Under the pieces are notes generated by a model. That model was not told where the DNA came from and did no database searches. It saw nothing but the letters and a program-made list of their open reading frames with translations. This document shows positions 1 to 14,400 of a stretch of DNA of 64,000 nt, piece after piece. Positions within the stretch are counted from its first letter, which is position 1. Every line of letters begins with the position of its first letter. The position numbers were made by a program, and so were the translations under genes. Source of the DNA: Enoplolaimus lenunculus (taxonomy: Eukaryota); the NCBI GenBank assembly GCA_030248215.1, contig JASANG010002430.1, positions 124,001 through 188,000 on the forward strand, read 5' to 3'.

Positions 1-344
1 TCCGGTTCCGGTTCCGGTAAATTTTTACCGGATTTAAAAATTCCGGTATTATAATTTGGCCGTTTTCTTAACTTTGCTAATTTTTAAGCATCTCTTTTGA
101 AAGCCACTTGTACTCCGAATATAAGCCATTAATGGTGGATTTCACTTCATTCGATGATGAAAATCTAAAATACAACGAATAAAATAAATACCTATGTTCG
201 ACTAAGGTTATTTCACAAATAATAGAGCGAAAAATAAGATTAAAATGAAATTTTTGGTGAAATGCATTTTTCACTGTCCGGTTCCGGTAAAATTTTCAAA
301 TTCCGGTTCCGGTTCCGGTAAATTGTAATTCCGGTTGCACCCTG
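1..344. mobile_element. Same hAT MITE, inverted, truncated by the window edge
   Basis: Near-identical reverse complement of 52116-52450; ends ccggttgcaccctg. Explains the twin ORFs 77..274 and 52186..52383. Confidence 0.88.
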
Positions 345-1783
345 GCAAACAAATATTGCAACTGAACACTACGCTACAAACCATAGAATACGTAGTAGAA
401 TAGCGTCGTTGTTAAAGTGTTAAAAATATGTTTTGGTGTGACATGTTAAACTTTGTCACGACTTAGGATACCTTACCACAAGAAGAATATGGTTAGTTTA
501 TATGCCGTTTGTATTATATTTGAATTAATTATCCGGCTCCGACAGTATTTGGTATCCGGTCGCACGCTGCTGGGGCGTATATGTGTGTTTTTGATTTACC
601 CTAGTTTTAGATTTATACATGAATTTGTTCTGACATTTCTTACTGAAATATTTCATATTAGAATCAGAGATGGGCGGTCTCGGTTTCGGCGAGTGTCAAT
701 CCGCACAGCTTAATTAGCACACAGTTTGCAAAGCGGAACTACTATATCGGTAACAGATCCAAAAATCGCGCTAAAGCGAACACAACAAAAGCACAACCAC
801 CGTTTTTGATTAAAAATATAACAAATTTTGTTGAAAGCGTGCGTACTTTATACGCAAAATACAATGCGCCTTATAGTATTTCGATTCGAGTTTCAGTTGA
901 ACGTGGACAATTATTATCCAATGCAGAATCGCATTGTGTTTTCATTGAATTCTAACCGGAACCGGAATTCAGTTTGTGTTCTGAAAGCATTCAATTTTGG
1001 CAAGTAACAAGTGAATACGTGGCGTCAGTCTGTGACTAACCGGTGTTTCCTGTGGCACCACTATAATACAACCTTGTTTATTTTGTCGAGTGTTTAGAGT
1101 TAGTAGGTAACATTAGTTGTATTGCCTGTTTATAAAATATTTATTGGCTTAGTTAGAGTAGTATATATAGATATAATCAAGTATTTAGCGGTTAACAATA
1201 TATACGTGTTGGTTTAGATGTAGGTATGTAGACTTTGTATTCTTAACAGCTATTAGTGTATAATGTGATTTTGCTACTAATACGTATACATTCATATATA
1301 AGTACTGTATAAGGGCGAGGCCAAGGTGGCTAGGGGTAAACTCTCTATTTTAGGATTTTTGTCCGCTGATTTAAAGAAAGTTTTTCAGTTGGTAGCACAA
1401 GAAACGGCACTTCGAAATTTTTCTAGAATGCAACCCGTTTGCAAAATTTGCGCTGTGGCTCTGTTGGCATAGTAGGGTCTTAATATACTTGTCCTGTGCA
1501 TTTTTGACATGGTAAGACCTTGAGTGAAAAGTTAAGTCTTTGTTCACTTACTTGATAAAGATATCAGTTACTTTGAAAGGTGTTTTACTAGTTATGTTCG
1601 AATCTTAAGATTGAAATTGATTGGCTAGAGCGTCTGCGTATAAAGCCACATCTCGTGAAAGACTAAGTTGTAATTAATAAACATAAAGCTTAAGGATTTC
1701 GAATAATCTCATAGGGTTATAATTTTTGATTTCGTGCAAGAATATATGGCAATGCAATGCGACTTGTTTTGTTTTTAGGGTCT

Positions 1784-2431
1784 ATGATCCCTGCGTTTTC
1801 CTCAGTGCCGGTATCAGTTCATACCGATCCAACGTACTCAGTTGCGTCGTCCACTGGCGGTTCAGGACTGTCAACGGCGTCGATCGGTCCTGTTGGTACT
1901 CTAGGGCCTGCGCCTTCGGGCCCCACATTTCCAACCGGTCTACAGCTCGGCCCAGCAGTAATCTCTAGCACAGGCGGTATAGGCGTACCCGGTACAAATT
2001 ATTTAACGTCGTCAGCATCGCTTGCGCCTATGATTCCACCCGGAAGTGTGATGTCAGGAGTCGTCCCTGGATCCGCTGGATCTGCCACGCTGGGCCGGTC
2101 TGTCGCGAGCTTGCTGGTGCCCCCAGCTGCAGGTCTGAGCGGTTTGCCAACTGGGGCAGCAGGCGCTCAGCCGCCGCCGCTGTTCACATCGCCCCCGACT
2201 GTGCTCACACCGCGCGATCCGTACTCTATGTCACTGCCAATCCTGCAACGCGAGTACGAAACGCTCCGGCGTGAGTACGAAGAAGCAATCACGAAACTCA
2301 ATTCAACGATGAATTCAATTAAAACGTTTTGGAGCCCAGAGTTAAAGCGTGAACGAGCGTTGAGAAAAGAAGAATCGGCAAAGTTGTCATTGCTCGGGCA
2401 ACAACTTAAAATCACTTCTCAAGATACACAG
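1784..2431 (+). CDS. elks-1: ELKS coding exon 1 (S/G/P/A-rich N-terminus plus first coiled coil)
   Basis: Acceptor ttttag ends 1778; ATG 1784; contains KTFWSPELKRER; donor CAG|gtatgt at 2431, phase 0. An upstream exon is implied by the acceptor. Confidence 0.9.
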
Positions 2432-5400
2432 GTATGTGTAAGCCCCGTTGGCTGTCAGGAGCAAAGCCACGATTTTTTCTGGAAGGTTCTTTCTAAACAT
2501 TTTTGCGAACGAGAGTAGCGATCGAGAAATAATTGCTGAATGACCTAGGCGGGTTGTTTTACAGCCTATAAAACTGTCATGTTCGATTCTATACATTTCG
2601 AAGGTTTCGGCCAACAACCGTCAAACAATGTACAAGGTTTAATTTCTTTGAAGGGGTAGAGGATACGTATATGTGCTCCCGAAATTGTGAAAAAATTAGT
2701 TAAAATTACTTTTTGCTGGTTTTCAGATAACCGGATGGCGTGTTTATACACGTCAAAATTTATTTTACTTGCTGATCCTAAAACTGTTGCGTACGCCCTC
2801 CCCCGTCCCTGCAAACATCACATCAATTTGACTAATTGTTGTTGGTCTTGTGATAGTTGGTATACGACCCCCACATATGCACTCTTGTTGGTTATTGTTG
2901 TCAGTAGATTGTGTGGGGTTCCCGTCTGCAGGGACGATGAGACTAGGTGCTTAGTTTGCATTACGGAGTCCGATTGCGGAAAATTTAACACCATTTCATG
3001 CAGTTCTGTAAGCTTCGTCGAATCCGAGGTCATTCGAATATTTGATTTTTGTTTGTTTTCCGACAAAAACCGACATCTGTATGCGATTCAGGTATCCAGT
3101 ACAAACTTACCAGATATCGGATATTTACGGCTGTGGTCCCGAATATTGTAAAGCTGCTTTTTACGCGTGGAAAACGAAGTATTTTGCTGCTGCTGCATGT
3201 TTGAGAAAGTCAATAAGTGACAGGACGTGAAATAACAATCCTTGCCAAGAATTAAATTTAAATCGGTAAACATATGTTTTTCCCGACTCAAATGCTATCA
3301 ATGGTGCACAAACATAGACCCTATATCCGGTCAACATCTGTTTCGTTTTACGATAAAATGTTCACCATCTGATCACTCCTTGTTTCTTCAAATTTGGGCC
3401 TGAAATGATCAGAGGAGGTTATGAGGAGCTCAAATTTGCAGAAAGTTTATTTTAAAAGTCCGACCATTTTTGAGCAAACGTCGGCTGACGGACGGACGAC
3501 GGACAACTGGGAAAACCCAAAAGATGCAGCCAAAAATATTAATTAATGTAGTTTAAGTTTTTTCTAGTAGTTGCCCTTATGGTATATCTATTGTTTGTAT
3601 TTCGAGTTTCAACGTTCACACTTTACTAGGATGTACACTTTAGCTTATGTTGATATGTGTATGTATTGTAAGCGTGTCATTTAGACTTCGGACGACGTTA
3701 GTGCGAGCGTAGCCATTATTTATTTCGGGAGGATATAACCTCATTGACCATTGACAACAGTTTCGCTAGCGAGGAAATTTTTGTGGTCTACACAATCTAG
3801 CAGGTTAATTCTAAAGCCTAGAATAGTAGTTTTATTTTTGCCTTCTGAAATTTCAATGACTGATGTATTCCTCTGTCTCCTTTGTATACGCCACTGTAGG
3901 TTTTATTTAGTGCAGTGTCGCGGAGCTGAACCAACCACTATCACAGACCGCTTTCAGGCCATATGAGGACCACGGAAAAAATACTTCAGTATGGTGTAGT
4001 TATGTACGTATGTATATATATGTAATGTTATGTATTTATTAAGGTTTACTATATATGTAATGTAGTTATATATATACGTATGTACGGTATAGACCTGGGC
4101 GGAGTAAAACGTATCGTGTGACGTACTTTGATAAATGCGGAATGTGTTTACCGTCGGGCTCAGCCCTTGATGCACATTTTAATTTCTACCGCAAAACTTG
4201 GCGTCCAACTTAGATATTATGCGAATATCTCGCTGGTTACCCTATACAGTTTTTGGGGCCGTCTTGAATGTTGTGGTCAGTTTGCTACTGGCCGAGTGGG
4301 AGGGTGAAAAAGGTTTGGCATAGTGAAGTTTGGGCCACACCACACATTGAGTTTACGTTTGATGGTCGCCGGCTTTCGTGTGTGTAACATCATTTGTTGT
4401 TTAATTAATTTCAAAGTTGGAAATGGGACACCTTGTTTTTGTGGTTTATAGGCAAAGAATTGGTGACTCGGGGTAATGAGTTTAGTCGGCATGCTTTATG
4501 TGATGGTTACATTAATTGTACCTCTAATTGATGCGCTAGAGTAGACTCTGTCGTGCCGCCGCCGCTCGCTGCGACGCGCTGCTAACAAAAATATAGTAAA
4601 AATCGATTTGGTGGTGTCTAGTGGCGCGCGGTGGCGTTCGGCGCCGCGCGAGGTGAGTATAACACAATTTTAAGGATAATTCATTGGCACGTACTTGTTT
4701 AAATGTTGGAAACATAAAATGTGTGTGAGTTCAGTATTAATTTTTGGGCGTCATTTCTAATTATTGTTTTACAGTTGCGGTAGTTACGTAAGTATTGCAC
4801 TGTTTTTAATTGTACAAGCTATGCTTGGTTGAGGCGATCTTTGTTCAGACGGCTTTTGTCCAGGCGTTCTTTTGTCCAGGCGTTCTTTTGTCCGGGCGGC
4901 TTTTTGTTCAGACGAGATTTTATCCAGGCCCCTTTTGTTTAGGCGGAGTTTTGTCCAAACCACTTTTTGTCCAGGTGGCTTTTTGTCCAGGCGGTCTTTT
5001 GTCCGGACGGCTTCTTGTTCAGACAGCCTTTTATCCTGGTGGTATTATTCCAGCCGGTCGTTTGTCTACGCGGCCTTTTGTCCGGACGGCTTTTTGTCTA
5101 GGCGGTCGTTTGTCCGGCGGCCTTTTGTCCACGCGGCATTTTATCCAGTCGGCCTTTTGTCCGGACGGCTTTTTCTGCAGCCGGCCTTTTGTCCAAACAG
5201 CCTTTTGTCCTGGTGGTCTTTTTCTAGGCGGCCTTTTGTCCGGGCGGCTTTTTGCCTAGGCGGCCATTTATACTGGCGGTCATTTGTCCGGCGGCCTTCT
5301 GTGCGGTCATCGATAATTTCATATCAAATTGTTTGCGAGCGAGTTGTGGTACCAGGCTATTTTTTATCTCTATGGATCCAGAAAGTTATTCTGAAGCAAA

Positions 5401-8400
5401 TTATGTGTAGTTTGCGACTTGTCTCTCGAGAATTATCTTAAGGTTGTCGTGCCTCAAACAGCTATTTGCTCCAGTTGGCAACTGAGACGTCCCAAACGAG
5501 ATTTGCTGTTCGGGGCAGCCCAAATAACTACTGGAATGCAAACTAATTTAGATATCAGGGTGCGACCGGAATTACATAAAATACCGGAACCGGAAAGTTA
5601 AAAAATATCAGAGCCGGAATCGGCAAACAAGAAATACTTGTTACCGAAAACTTTATTTTTAACTATTTTATCGCTTTCAATGGTATAAACACACCATTTG
5701 GAATGCCATAATTTTGAAACAAATGCAGTATCTAAGTGGAAACGTATGATAAATTATGGAATATGGACAAATTGAAAATTTTGGCAATACACGCTGAGAC
5801 AATTTAGGAAAATAGGTGTATAATATGCCAGACCTATCCAAATGAAAGTTTAGTTACGCCCTTACCCTGATTCTATCCCGAAACCTAGGATTTCAAAGCT
5901 CCATCGCACAGTTAGTCGCCATTTTTTCAGATAGCACAGTCGGCACTTTTTGTCATTTATCACGCGTAGCAGCCGCCGAATACTACTGGGTTTTGTTTTG
6001 TATACTGAAGTGTCGTGTGGTCTTTCATATTTACATATACGTGCGGTCGTATAGAGACGTACAAGGTGGGGTGCATTAAAAATGAATATATCTCTTACCG
6101 AAATTTCGGTGCAAACGGCTCTTCTGCTTGTTTCAGAATAATCTGCTTGATAGCAAAGTTGCAAAATTATTTTTTGATGAGTTTATGCTGTACCAAAATG
6201 AAATTCTGGCTACATCCCTGCATGTACCGTATGTACATTTTAGTTGATCTATGATGATGTGTGTCACTTGTGAGTAAAGCGAATCATAGATTATATGCCA
6301 AAATTGATGGCGTACCAGGAAAAATTGGGTTTTTATGTACATATCACGGCTGCGTAGCCAAAGAGGGTTCTGTGCGGAGATAGGCAACAGCTGGTAGCAG
6401 GGTGAATCCTCATGATCAATTTAAGAGTTATTGTTTTAGAACAAATGGTGTCGTAAAGATTTCGGCTTGCGCTATAATTTACAGTGATGGACGCCGTCGC
6501 GCGCCACTGAAATAATCTATGTGTTGGAATGGAATTATTAAAAATTTCACGGTGTCGTGCGCCGAGGCGCGGTGGCGCGCGGCAGCGCTCGTCGAGTAAT
6601 AGGAACTACTAAATTTTGACGGAACAGGAACAGGAATTGAATTTGCTTTGCAGGAACCGGAACAGGAACAGGAATCGGAATTTGAAATAATTTACATCGC
6701 CGGATTTTAGTCGGACTTTTTTGGAAAACTTGTCAAAAAATGAGTTCATCCAATGATGATGAGTTAATTCTACTTGCAAGGCTATTCGTACCTATGAATG
6801 AATTCTTGGTGTATATTCATTTTAAATAATTTGCGGCTGCAAGTTCTCCGAATGAATTTTCCAAAAACTTTGCAGATGCAAGTTTCAGCTGAAAAAACAT
6901 TCGCGCATAAAGAAACCTTTACTCGAAATTTAATGACTTGAAAACGTTTCCATGCCGATACACCTTCTGTTTACGGCTTAAAAATGTAAAACTATTTCCG
7001 TCACCATCGCCGTAAACTGCAATATATCAAAGAAGGTTGATATTTGAATGAATTCAAGCTGCTGGAATAAATTCAAAAAGTATGAATTAATTCACGAAGC
7101 GCACAGCAACATAGTTTTCGATCGATAAAATGTAAGTGCATGAAATTCAAGCCGCTTTTAACTGCGATATGCATGCGAGTTAAATTTATTAACGTGAATT
7201 CCAGTGAATAATTTGCAGCTGCAAGAACTTCAAAACTACTTTGTGACCAAACTTGCGCATGCTAGTTGCGCGTGCAAGTTTTCGTTGCAACAACTTGCAT
7301 GTGTGATGTGAATAGGGCTTCTTAACACTATCTAAGTCAAAGATTAATACGGTAAACCAGGAATCAAAGGTCTGTGGACATGTTAAAATGAGCTGCAAGA
7401 ATATTAGATGGAGACGTAAATTCTTGTATTTCTTTCAAAAATTTGAGTCATATTCAGATTCTATGTTATAAGAAAATTCCGGGTCCGAATCCAGGTTAAC
7501 TCAAAAAATACAGGTCCGCGATTTCATTCTTTATAATTCCGTTTCCGGGATTCTCATCCAGCAAAAATTTAGATCCTCGTGTTTATTTTGAAATGATACA
7601 ACTGTATCCGTAACTTTTGAACCGAGGGCCCTGCAGCCCTTAAAATGGTACCGTTGAATTAACATCGTCGAAATCTACAAAAGAACTATTCTTCTTCAGT
7701 AAATTGTTAGGCAAGAACCTATATTCCGTCCCTCCGCTCATAGTCTTTCTGATTTTGTCGTTTGGGCCTTACCAGTACGAATGTTTTGAAGTTTGGAGAA
7801 TTCTATATTAGAATATTTTCTTTGTGCTCCCCCACACTGGATGTTAACCGATTCTACACAGATTGATGGTTTAATACACAAGGGTGCCAGTAGAAGTAGA
7901 ATAAGGTACGTATTTAAGCTTAGTACAGCTATTGTAGGTATTGTTGCAAAACTTTTCAATTTTCAATAGATTCCGCGGGTTGCAGGCTTGGGCGCGTAGC
8001 CAGGTAATTTGAAAGTAAACCGACTAACGTTTCGTAAAAGTTTCGAAAGGGGTGTTTTGTGCTGCAAACGGAAACAGTGTATAAAAACCCAGTAAAACTA
8101 CCCGAAGGACGGCGGGGTATTGTGCCACCGGATATTATTTCACCGGATCCGGATACGAAAATCAATTTTGTTGGCTATTAAACCGGATCCGGATACGCAT
8201 ATCAGTTTTGTCGGTTATTAAACCGGAGAAAACACCACCCCCAGGCCTGTCCTTTGATCGAGGGGATGTAGAATGGAGCGCAGATCAGCTTGAAAGCCGT
8301 TATTGTTTAATTTTACCTGAAAGCTTGAGTTGAAATTTTATTAGCAAAATAATGTTAGAACAAAATGTTCCATGTTGTTTTGGTGAGTTATTGGCGCCGT

Positions 8401-11400
8401 CAATTGTGGCGCCGTCAACAATGTTTGGTTGGCCACTGTTTACCGTTTGGTTTTTTACCTTATGTATATGACACATGTATAACAGCGTCGCCGCCCATCA
8501 TCTATTTTGTTGAAACATTATTCGTGTTTCTTTTGTTACATACGTATATAATTGCCGACGTATCACCTGGAATACAAGTCGTAGTGAGACTACATGTATT
8601 GAGCGAAGCTCGAACACACGTAAGCAAATTAAGAAAATATGCAAATTAGCTATTAGCTAACTATTGGATTATCTGATTTGAAGGTTTGTAGGCAATTTAT
8701 TCAGATTCCGCGCACCACAAAACCCATTGTTGCTGAAATTAGATTGCTTGTAACCCTAATAATTAGTGAAATATTGTAAAAACGCCTAATTTAGGCTGAT
8801 CAACTATGCTTATATGCAAATTAGCTACTAGCTAACTATTCAGTTACAGATTTCTCGTACCCAAAAACCCTTTAGTGCTGGAGTTAGGTTGCTTGTAACC
8901 CTAATAATTAGTGAAATACAGTAAAAAGGCCTAGTGTACGTTGAACAAATTATGTAAATTAGCCTAAAACCCCAATGTAAGGTTAACACCCCAAGATAAT
9001 AAGCTTTCAAACAAAAAAGCTTGTCAAAATCGGTTCAACCTTTCTTGAGATTCTTTTCCGACGGTCAGACGGACGGACGGACATCCACCTTTCGACCCCC
9101 AAGTACAAAACAAAACGCTTCGCGCTTCGCTCAACCATGGGTTGTCAACTACTGAACATTGTTATTGTGAAAATCGAATGAAAGGAAATATATTTTTACA
9201 TGTTACATTGTATGTATGTATGTATGTATGTATGTATGTATGTATGTATGTATGTATGTATGTATCATCAGCACGGTACAACCGGAATTATAATTTACCG
9301 GAACCGCAACCGGCATTGGAAGACGAAAAAAAGCTGTTTCTGTTGCGTTTTCCCAAACCTTGATGATGAAATAGCTGAAAATTCGTTTAAGCCATTTTTT
9401 GGCCTTTTTTCTACAACATGCCACAGCATATAATTCGGTGATGAAAGTTATTTCAAATTCCGGTTCCTGCAAAGAAATTCAATTCCTGTTTTTGTTCCTG
9501 TTGCTGCAAAATTAAGCTCCTGTTAGAACCTTGATATATATTTATATTTATATTCGTTTGAAATATATTTAATGTTGACAATGACAAATGGCTGTGTATT
9601 ACCGAATATTAAGTTTACTTTTCCGATAAGATCATGATGATATATGTCGATGGTTGTGGTTCGTAGATTTGGGATTAGATGAAATGGAACAAAAATAACT
9701 ATTGCTGCGTGCCTAGGTTGTTGATAGTATATTTTATATCAGATTATTGAATGTAATCTGGGCGTGGAGAGGCATTAATGTTTGTAGTTTTGAGAGGAAA
9801 TACTAAATATCTGCTTCCTTTTTTCGATTATACAGTTGTCCCGGTGTCACGGTATAATTCTTTCACCGTTTTTATCCTCGAGCAAACGGATATAAATATA
9901 TTGATGGTATAAATTTTATAAAGTTTTTTTAAAAGTAATATCCGGTAAGTTAAAATACCGGAGCCGGAGATGACGATTTTTTGCCGGAGCCGCATATTCG
10001 GTTGCACCCTGATGATTACAGATGTGTATAGAGGTGTATATATGTCGTAGGCTAATCTGCTATTCAGGACAATTACCAATTGGCCTAGGTCAATCTTCTA
10101 TTTTGAGCAAATAGCAGTTTGGCCTAGGCCGAATAGCGATTATGATGTATAGCAAAAGAACAATGATGTAATAAAGTGAACGGGAATTTGCTAGTGTTAT
10201 TATTACATCTTGATTGTAATGGCTAATTCCATTTTTCAGAAGCAATCTGGTGTAATTCGACAACTCACCGACGAATTACAGTGCCAGTATGAGCTCAATC
10301 GTGGCGGACTTGACACCAAAACGATTGTGTCACGCGACGAGTACGACGCGGCCAGACTCGAGCGAGACAGGTGAGCAAAAAAGCGGTTCTGCTAATCTGT
10401 TAACGGAAATTTTGTTTGGGTAATATTATAATACTCGCTTCAGTCCCGATTTTGGTTGTATACCTAGTCCGTCGCAGCTGTACCATGTGAACATCTACTT
10501 AAATTTGTTCCGATCAAAGACAGTCAGCTTACATGATTGCGGTGAATTTTGTTTTTTCGTGCTTATTTTAGCATACACAATAGTATCGATGAGATTTTAG
10601 GCTGATTTTCCAACCATGGTCTAGTGGTGAAATTAGCTCGATAATCAAATTTGAAAACCGTACTGTTTACAGGTTTCAACGCGAGTTGAGTATCATGCGT
10701 ACCAGCATGAAAGAACTCGAACTTCAAATTGAAACTCAACGGCAAACGCTTGTAGCCAGAGATGAATCAATTAAAAAGTTGCTCGAGCTGTTGCAGAATA
10801 AAGGTGAGCTATGCAGTTGTCAGATGTTGGCTCTTGTACGTTTTTTCTGCGGTTAGGTTTATGCTTTTGTTAGCAACGCTTGCCTATATCTATGCATAAT
10901 CTTGTGTCTTTAACCTTAAATGGCGGAATTGCGCAATAGCTCAGTTGTTCGTGTGCTCACTCTACTTCTAGGTATAAAACCTGTTTTTGTCTAAGCTGTG
11001 TATAAAATGTCATTAGTCCGTGGTGTTTCTCTTCAAAATTGGTTCAATTTTCTTGGATAAAAAGTATCCGAACGAGCGAAATTTCAGCTGTTATCTGAGC
11101 AAAATTGTGAGCGAACGAGTTTGCGGCATGCTAGTTGAAGTTTGCCATGAACTAGCCTCCGATTGGTTGCTTCTCAAAATTCAAAATAATGGTCGTAAAT
11201 ATCGGACGAATCTAGCGAAAGATTATATATTTTGGTGTTAAGTAGACAGCTGATGCAATGCGCAAGCGAAAGTTTTTCTATACTCTTGATGATGTCTGGC
11301 GTCGTCCGTCACCGTTCGGTATTGTGCGTGAATTACCCACGTAGGACACCATATAATGACGGACGGCGCCGCACAAGTATAGCGCCACCCTCAATACTAT

Positions 11401-14400
11401 TTTATGCTGATATATGGTTCACTTCAGTATTAGGTTCTTTGAAAAGATAGAAACAAAAATTGTGACAGAAGGTGTTTAGGCTATGTTTTCGTCATTAAAC
11501 TATGTATTTGCTTAAATTTGTGTGAAACACTGAGGTTATATTGAGGCTAAATTTTTAATGCGCTCCATTTATTTTGTCTAACGGCAGAGTGTGAACATGT
11601 AATACCGGTGTCGGCTTCTTGAAAACAAGTAGAGCTTTTTGCAGGGAACGACCATATTTCTACGCAGTTCCTGTGTAATGTCTAGGAAAAAGCCGAAGGA
11701 AAAAGCCGACATTCGGTATCAGGTATTATACTGGTTTCGAATAACAAAACGGCTTTTTACAAGTGGGAACATTAACAATTTTTATTGCTATTGAGTTTTC
11801 GGGAAAGACAAGAGAAGCTTTCGTTTTTCACATTGAATTAAAAGGAAAAAACTAACATCACAGTTAACTTTAATTCAACGAACAGACATTTCCGCGGGAC
11901 TGAACCGGAACCGGAATTTGAAAAAATTACCGGAAACGAAACCGGAGCGGAACCGTAAAATGAAAAGCACATACCGCTGAAAAATTCACTTTAATTTTTG
12001 GTTTTGCATTATTATTATTATTAGTGAATTAACCCCAGTTGGAGGTAGGTTTTCATTTTATCTGCTGTATTATAGATTTTCATAATCCACGGAAGCGAAA
12101 TCTACCTTCTATAGTTTATTTCTGGCGATTGTCAATGTTTATATACTATACTAATGAAATCTTTAATTTTTAACGTCATTTTTTAGTAAAATATCTTAAT
12201 TTCCACCGACCAAAATTTAATACCGGAAATTGTAATTCCTGTAAAAAATGAACCGTAACTGGAATGTGAAAAATGCCGGAACCGGAATTCGTGTTTCACC
12301 CTGATATCCGGTTAACATCCGTTTTAGTATCCCGTAAATTGATATCCGGTTGTACCCTGAACCGTTTATCAGACTTATGAATGTATAGTATGAAATTATA
12401 CGCTCGAAAGTAAAAAATAAGTATCATTTATATGCTTGAAACCGTTGTAATTGTATGACGTGATTTTATGCATTGTCCGGGAAATGATTCTCTATTAGTA
12501 TTAACTGAAGTAAATATGTATCTGTATGAATAACGAAACTTAGTTATTTAACTTGTTTCCGGAAACGGATGCTGTTTTGAATTTTGTCATAATACAACAA
12601 TTTGGTATACATTGAAAACAATGTTACAGGGTACATGCATGGAAATCTGGATTTGTCGTTTTTAACAAATTACTGAGCTGAATGATTTGTTTGAACGCTG
12701 TGTAGTTGTATTTTAGGTGTTGTCGCAGCGACGTCAGCACAAGATCGACTTGAGCTGGAGCAAGCGCACGCTCAGTTGATTGAAATTCAAAACCGGTGCC
12801 ATCACTTAGAGCAGATGTTGTTGCAACGCGATCAGGATGTGCGATCATTGCAAGAGGTGTAATAATTATTGTTGTAAAATTAATGTTAATGAAAGTGGTG
12901 GATTCACAGTTGAATGCTGTTTGATATTTTTATGGCATAACTATTGTTTAGAGCATTGACATTAATTGCATCGTGTGTATAAGGACAAACACTTATATGT
13001 AGCCAATCAAAATTTTAAATTAACTTCAGTTTAATTAAAATATGAGTTCAGTATTTTTCATGGAATGCCGAAGCCTGGCTTGGTTTGTATAACTGTGGAG
13101 CTTTCGCATCCATATGAAACACAAATTTTGTTTTATTAATTCAGCTGTCATTTGACACAAAGCAAAAGTTCAATTTTGTGCTTTAACCTGGTGCCTGTTG
13201 AAAAAATGAGCATAATTCAGTTAAACTGAAGTCAAAGTTAATATTCAGATTTGTCACATCAGATAGCGGAGACTTATTTGAATATATATATATATATTTA
13301 CACAAATATATGCTTAGTAAGTTTGGTAACTTCAGGAATGTCTGGCTGCGAGTGAAAAAATGCACAATTTGGAGCGATTGAAAAATACTACCGACGACTA
13401 TAATTTAGAATCGAAGGTAAATTGCACCCGTTTGCGATTAATTTGGCAGCATGGTTGTGCATTCCAGCAGCAAGAACTATGTACCTACGTATAGTCTTTG
13501 TCTGGGGGTGGGTTCCCGCAACCGCTGTAGCATATATTTTGAAGACATAACCAGTAGCTCGTTTAACGCTTTACGTGACTTCGTGTAGCTGTGTAATTGT
13601 TTATAATTTTTATATGTAATGATTTTAAGCACAAAGATCGGTGTTTCAGAATATGCAAATTGAAGAACTACAAAATCAAATTGCAGTGCTCGAAGATGAG
13701 CTAGCGGCTGTGAAAGACGAAAATGCAGCAGTTGTTGCGAGCACTACGGTAGCGCAACAACAGTTTACCGACAAATCGATTTCTCACGAAGAGTACGCTG
13801 AGCTAAAAATGAAGGTTGGCTTTTTGGCTAAAATATTTTGGCGTTTTTGGGTTGTTTTTGACAATATTGTATCGGACGAATAGGGTATGTATATTGTCAA
13901 TGTTTTTGTTTGCTATAAAAGCCGAAACTAGTTTTGGTTAAAAATTGCTTTGCCAATGCTGTGACTTTCGGAAGCCGTGTGTGTATTAGGACTGTTGTAT
14001 TGTAACGCATTATTGTGTTTTTGTCAAATATTTGTGTTTGTTTTGTATGTTGTTTTAGTTTGAAAAAATTGAATTGGATTGCAGCCAAAAAAGCGTCGAA
14101 GCCCAGTCGTATCAAGCGAAATTAATGGCTTCCGAAGAGCAGACGCGAGATATAAGGAAACACTTGGAAGTACTTAAAGAGTCACTTACAACAAAAGATC
14201 AGCAGATTGGATTGTTACAAAGCGATGTAAGCTGAGAATTTGGTTTGAAAACTGCAATATAATATATCGCCGATTAGCTACGTTTCAAAGAAATAGACTT
14301 ATGTATGTGTCTTTCCTGTGCGTTTCGTGTTCGGCGTATTATATTGTTTAATATCAATATTGAAATTGATAACGTACGGTCAGTGTAGCAGTTAACAGCA

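Noticed and set aside
77..274. Duplicated 65-aa ORF (also 52186..52383) as a gene pair
   Set aside because: Both lie inside copies of a non-coding hAT MITE; GTG starts; no domain features
921..1005. Upstream coding exon of ELKS
   Set aside because: The ATG frame reaches the candidate donor in phase 2, but the 1779 acceptor needs phase 1; it may still be 5' UTR
4810..5441. 149-aa and 189-aa repetitive ORFs
   Set aside because: Translation of a stop-free 15-bp minisatellite
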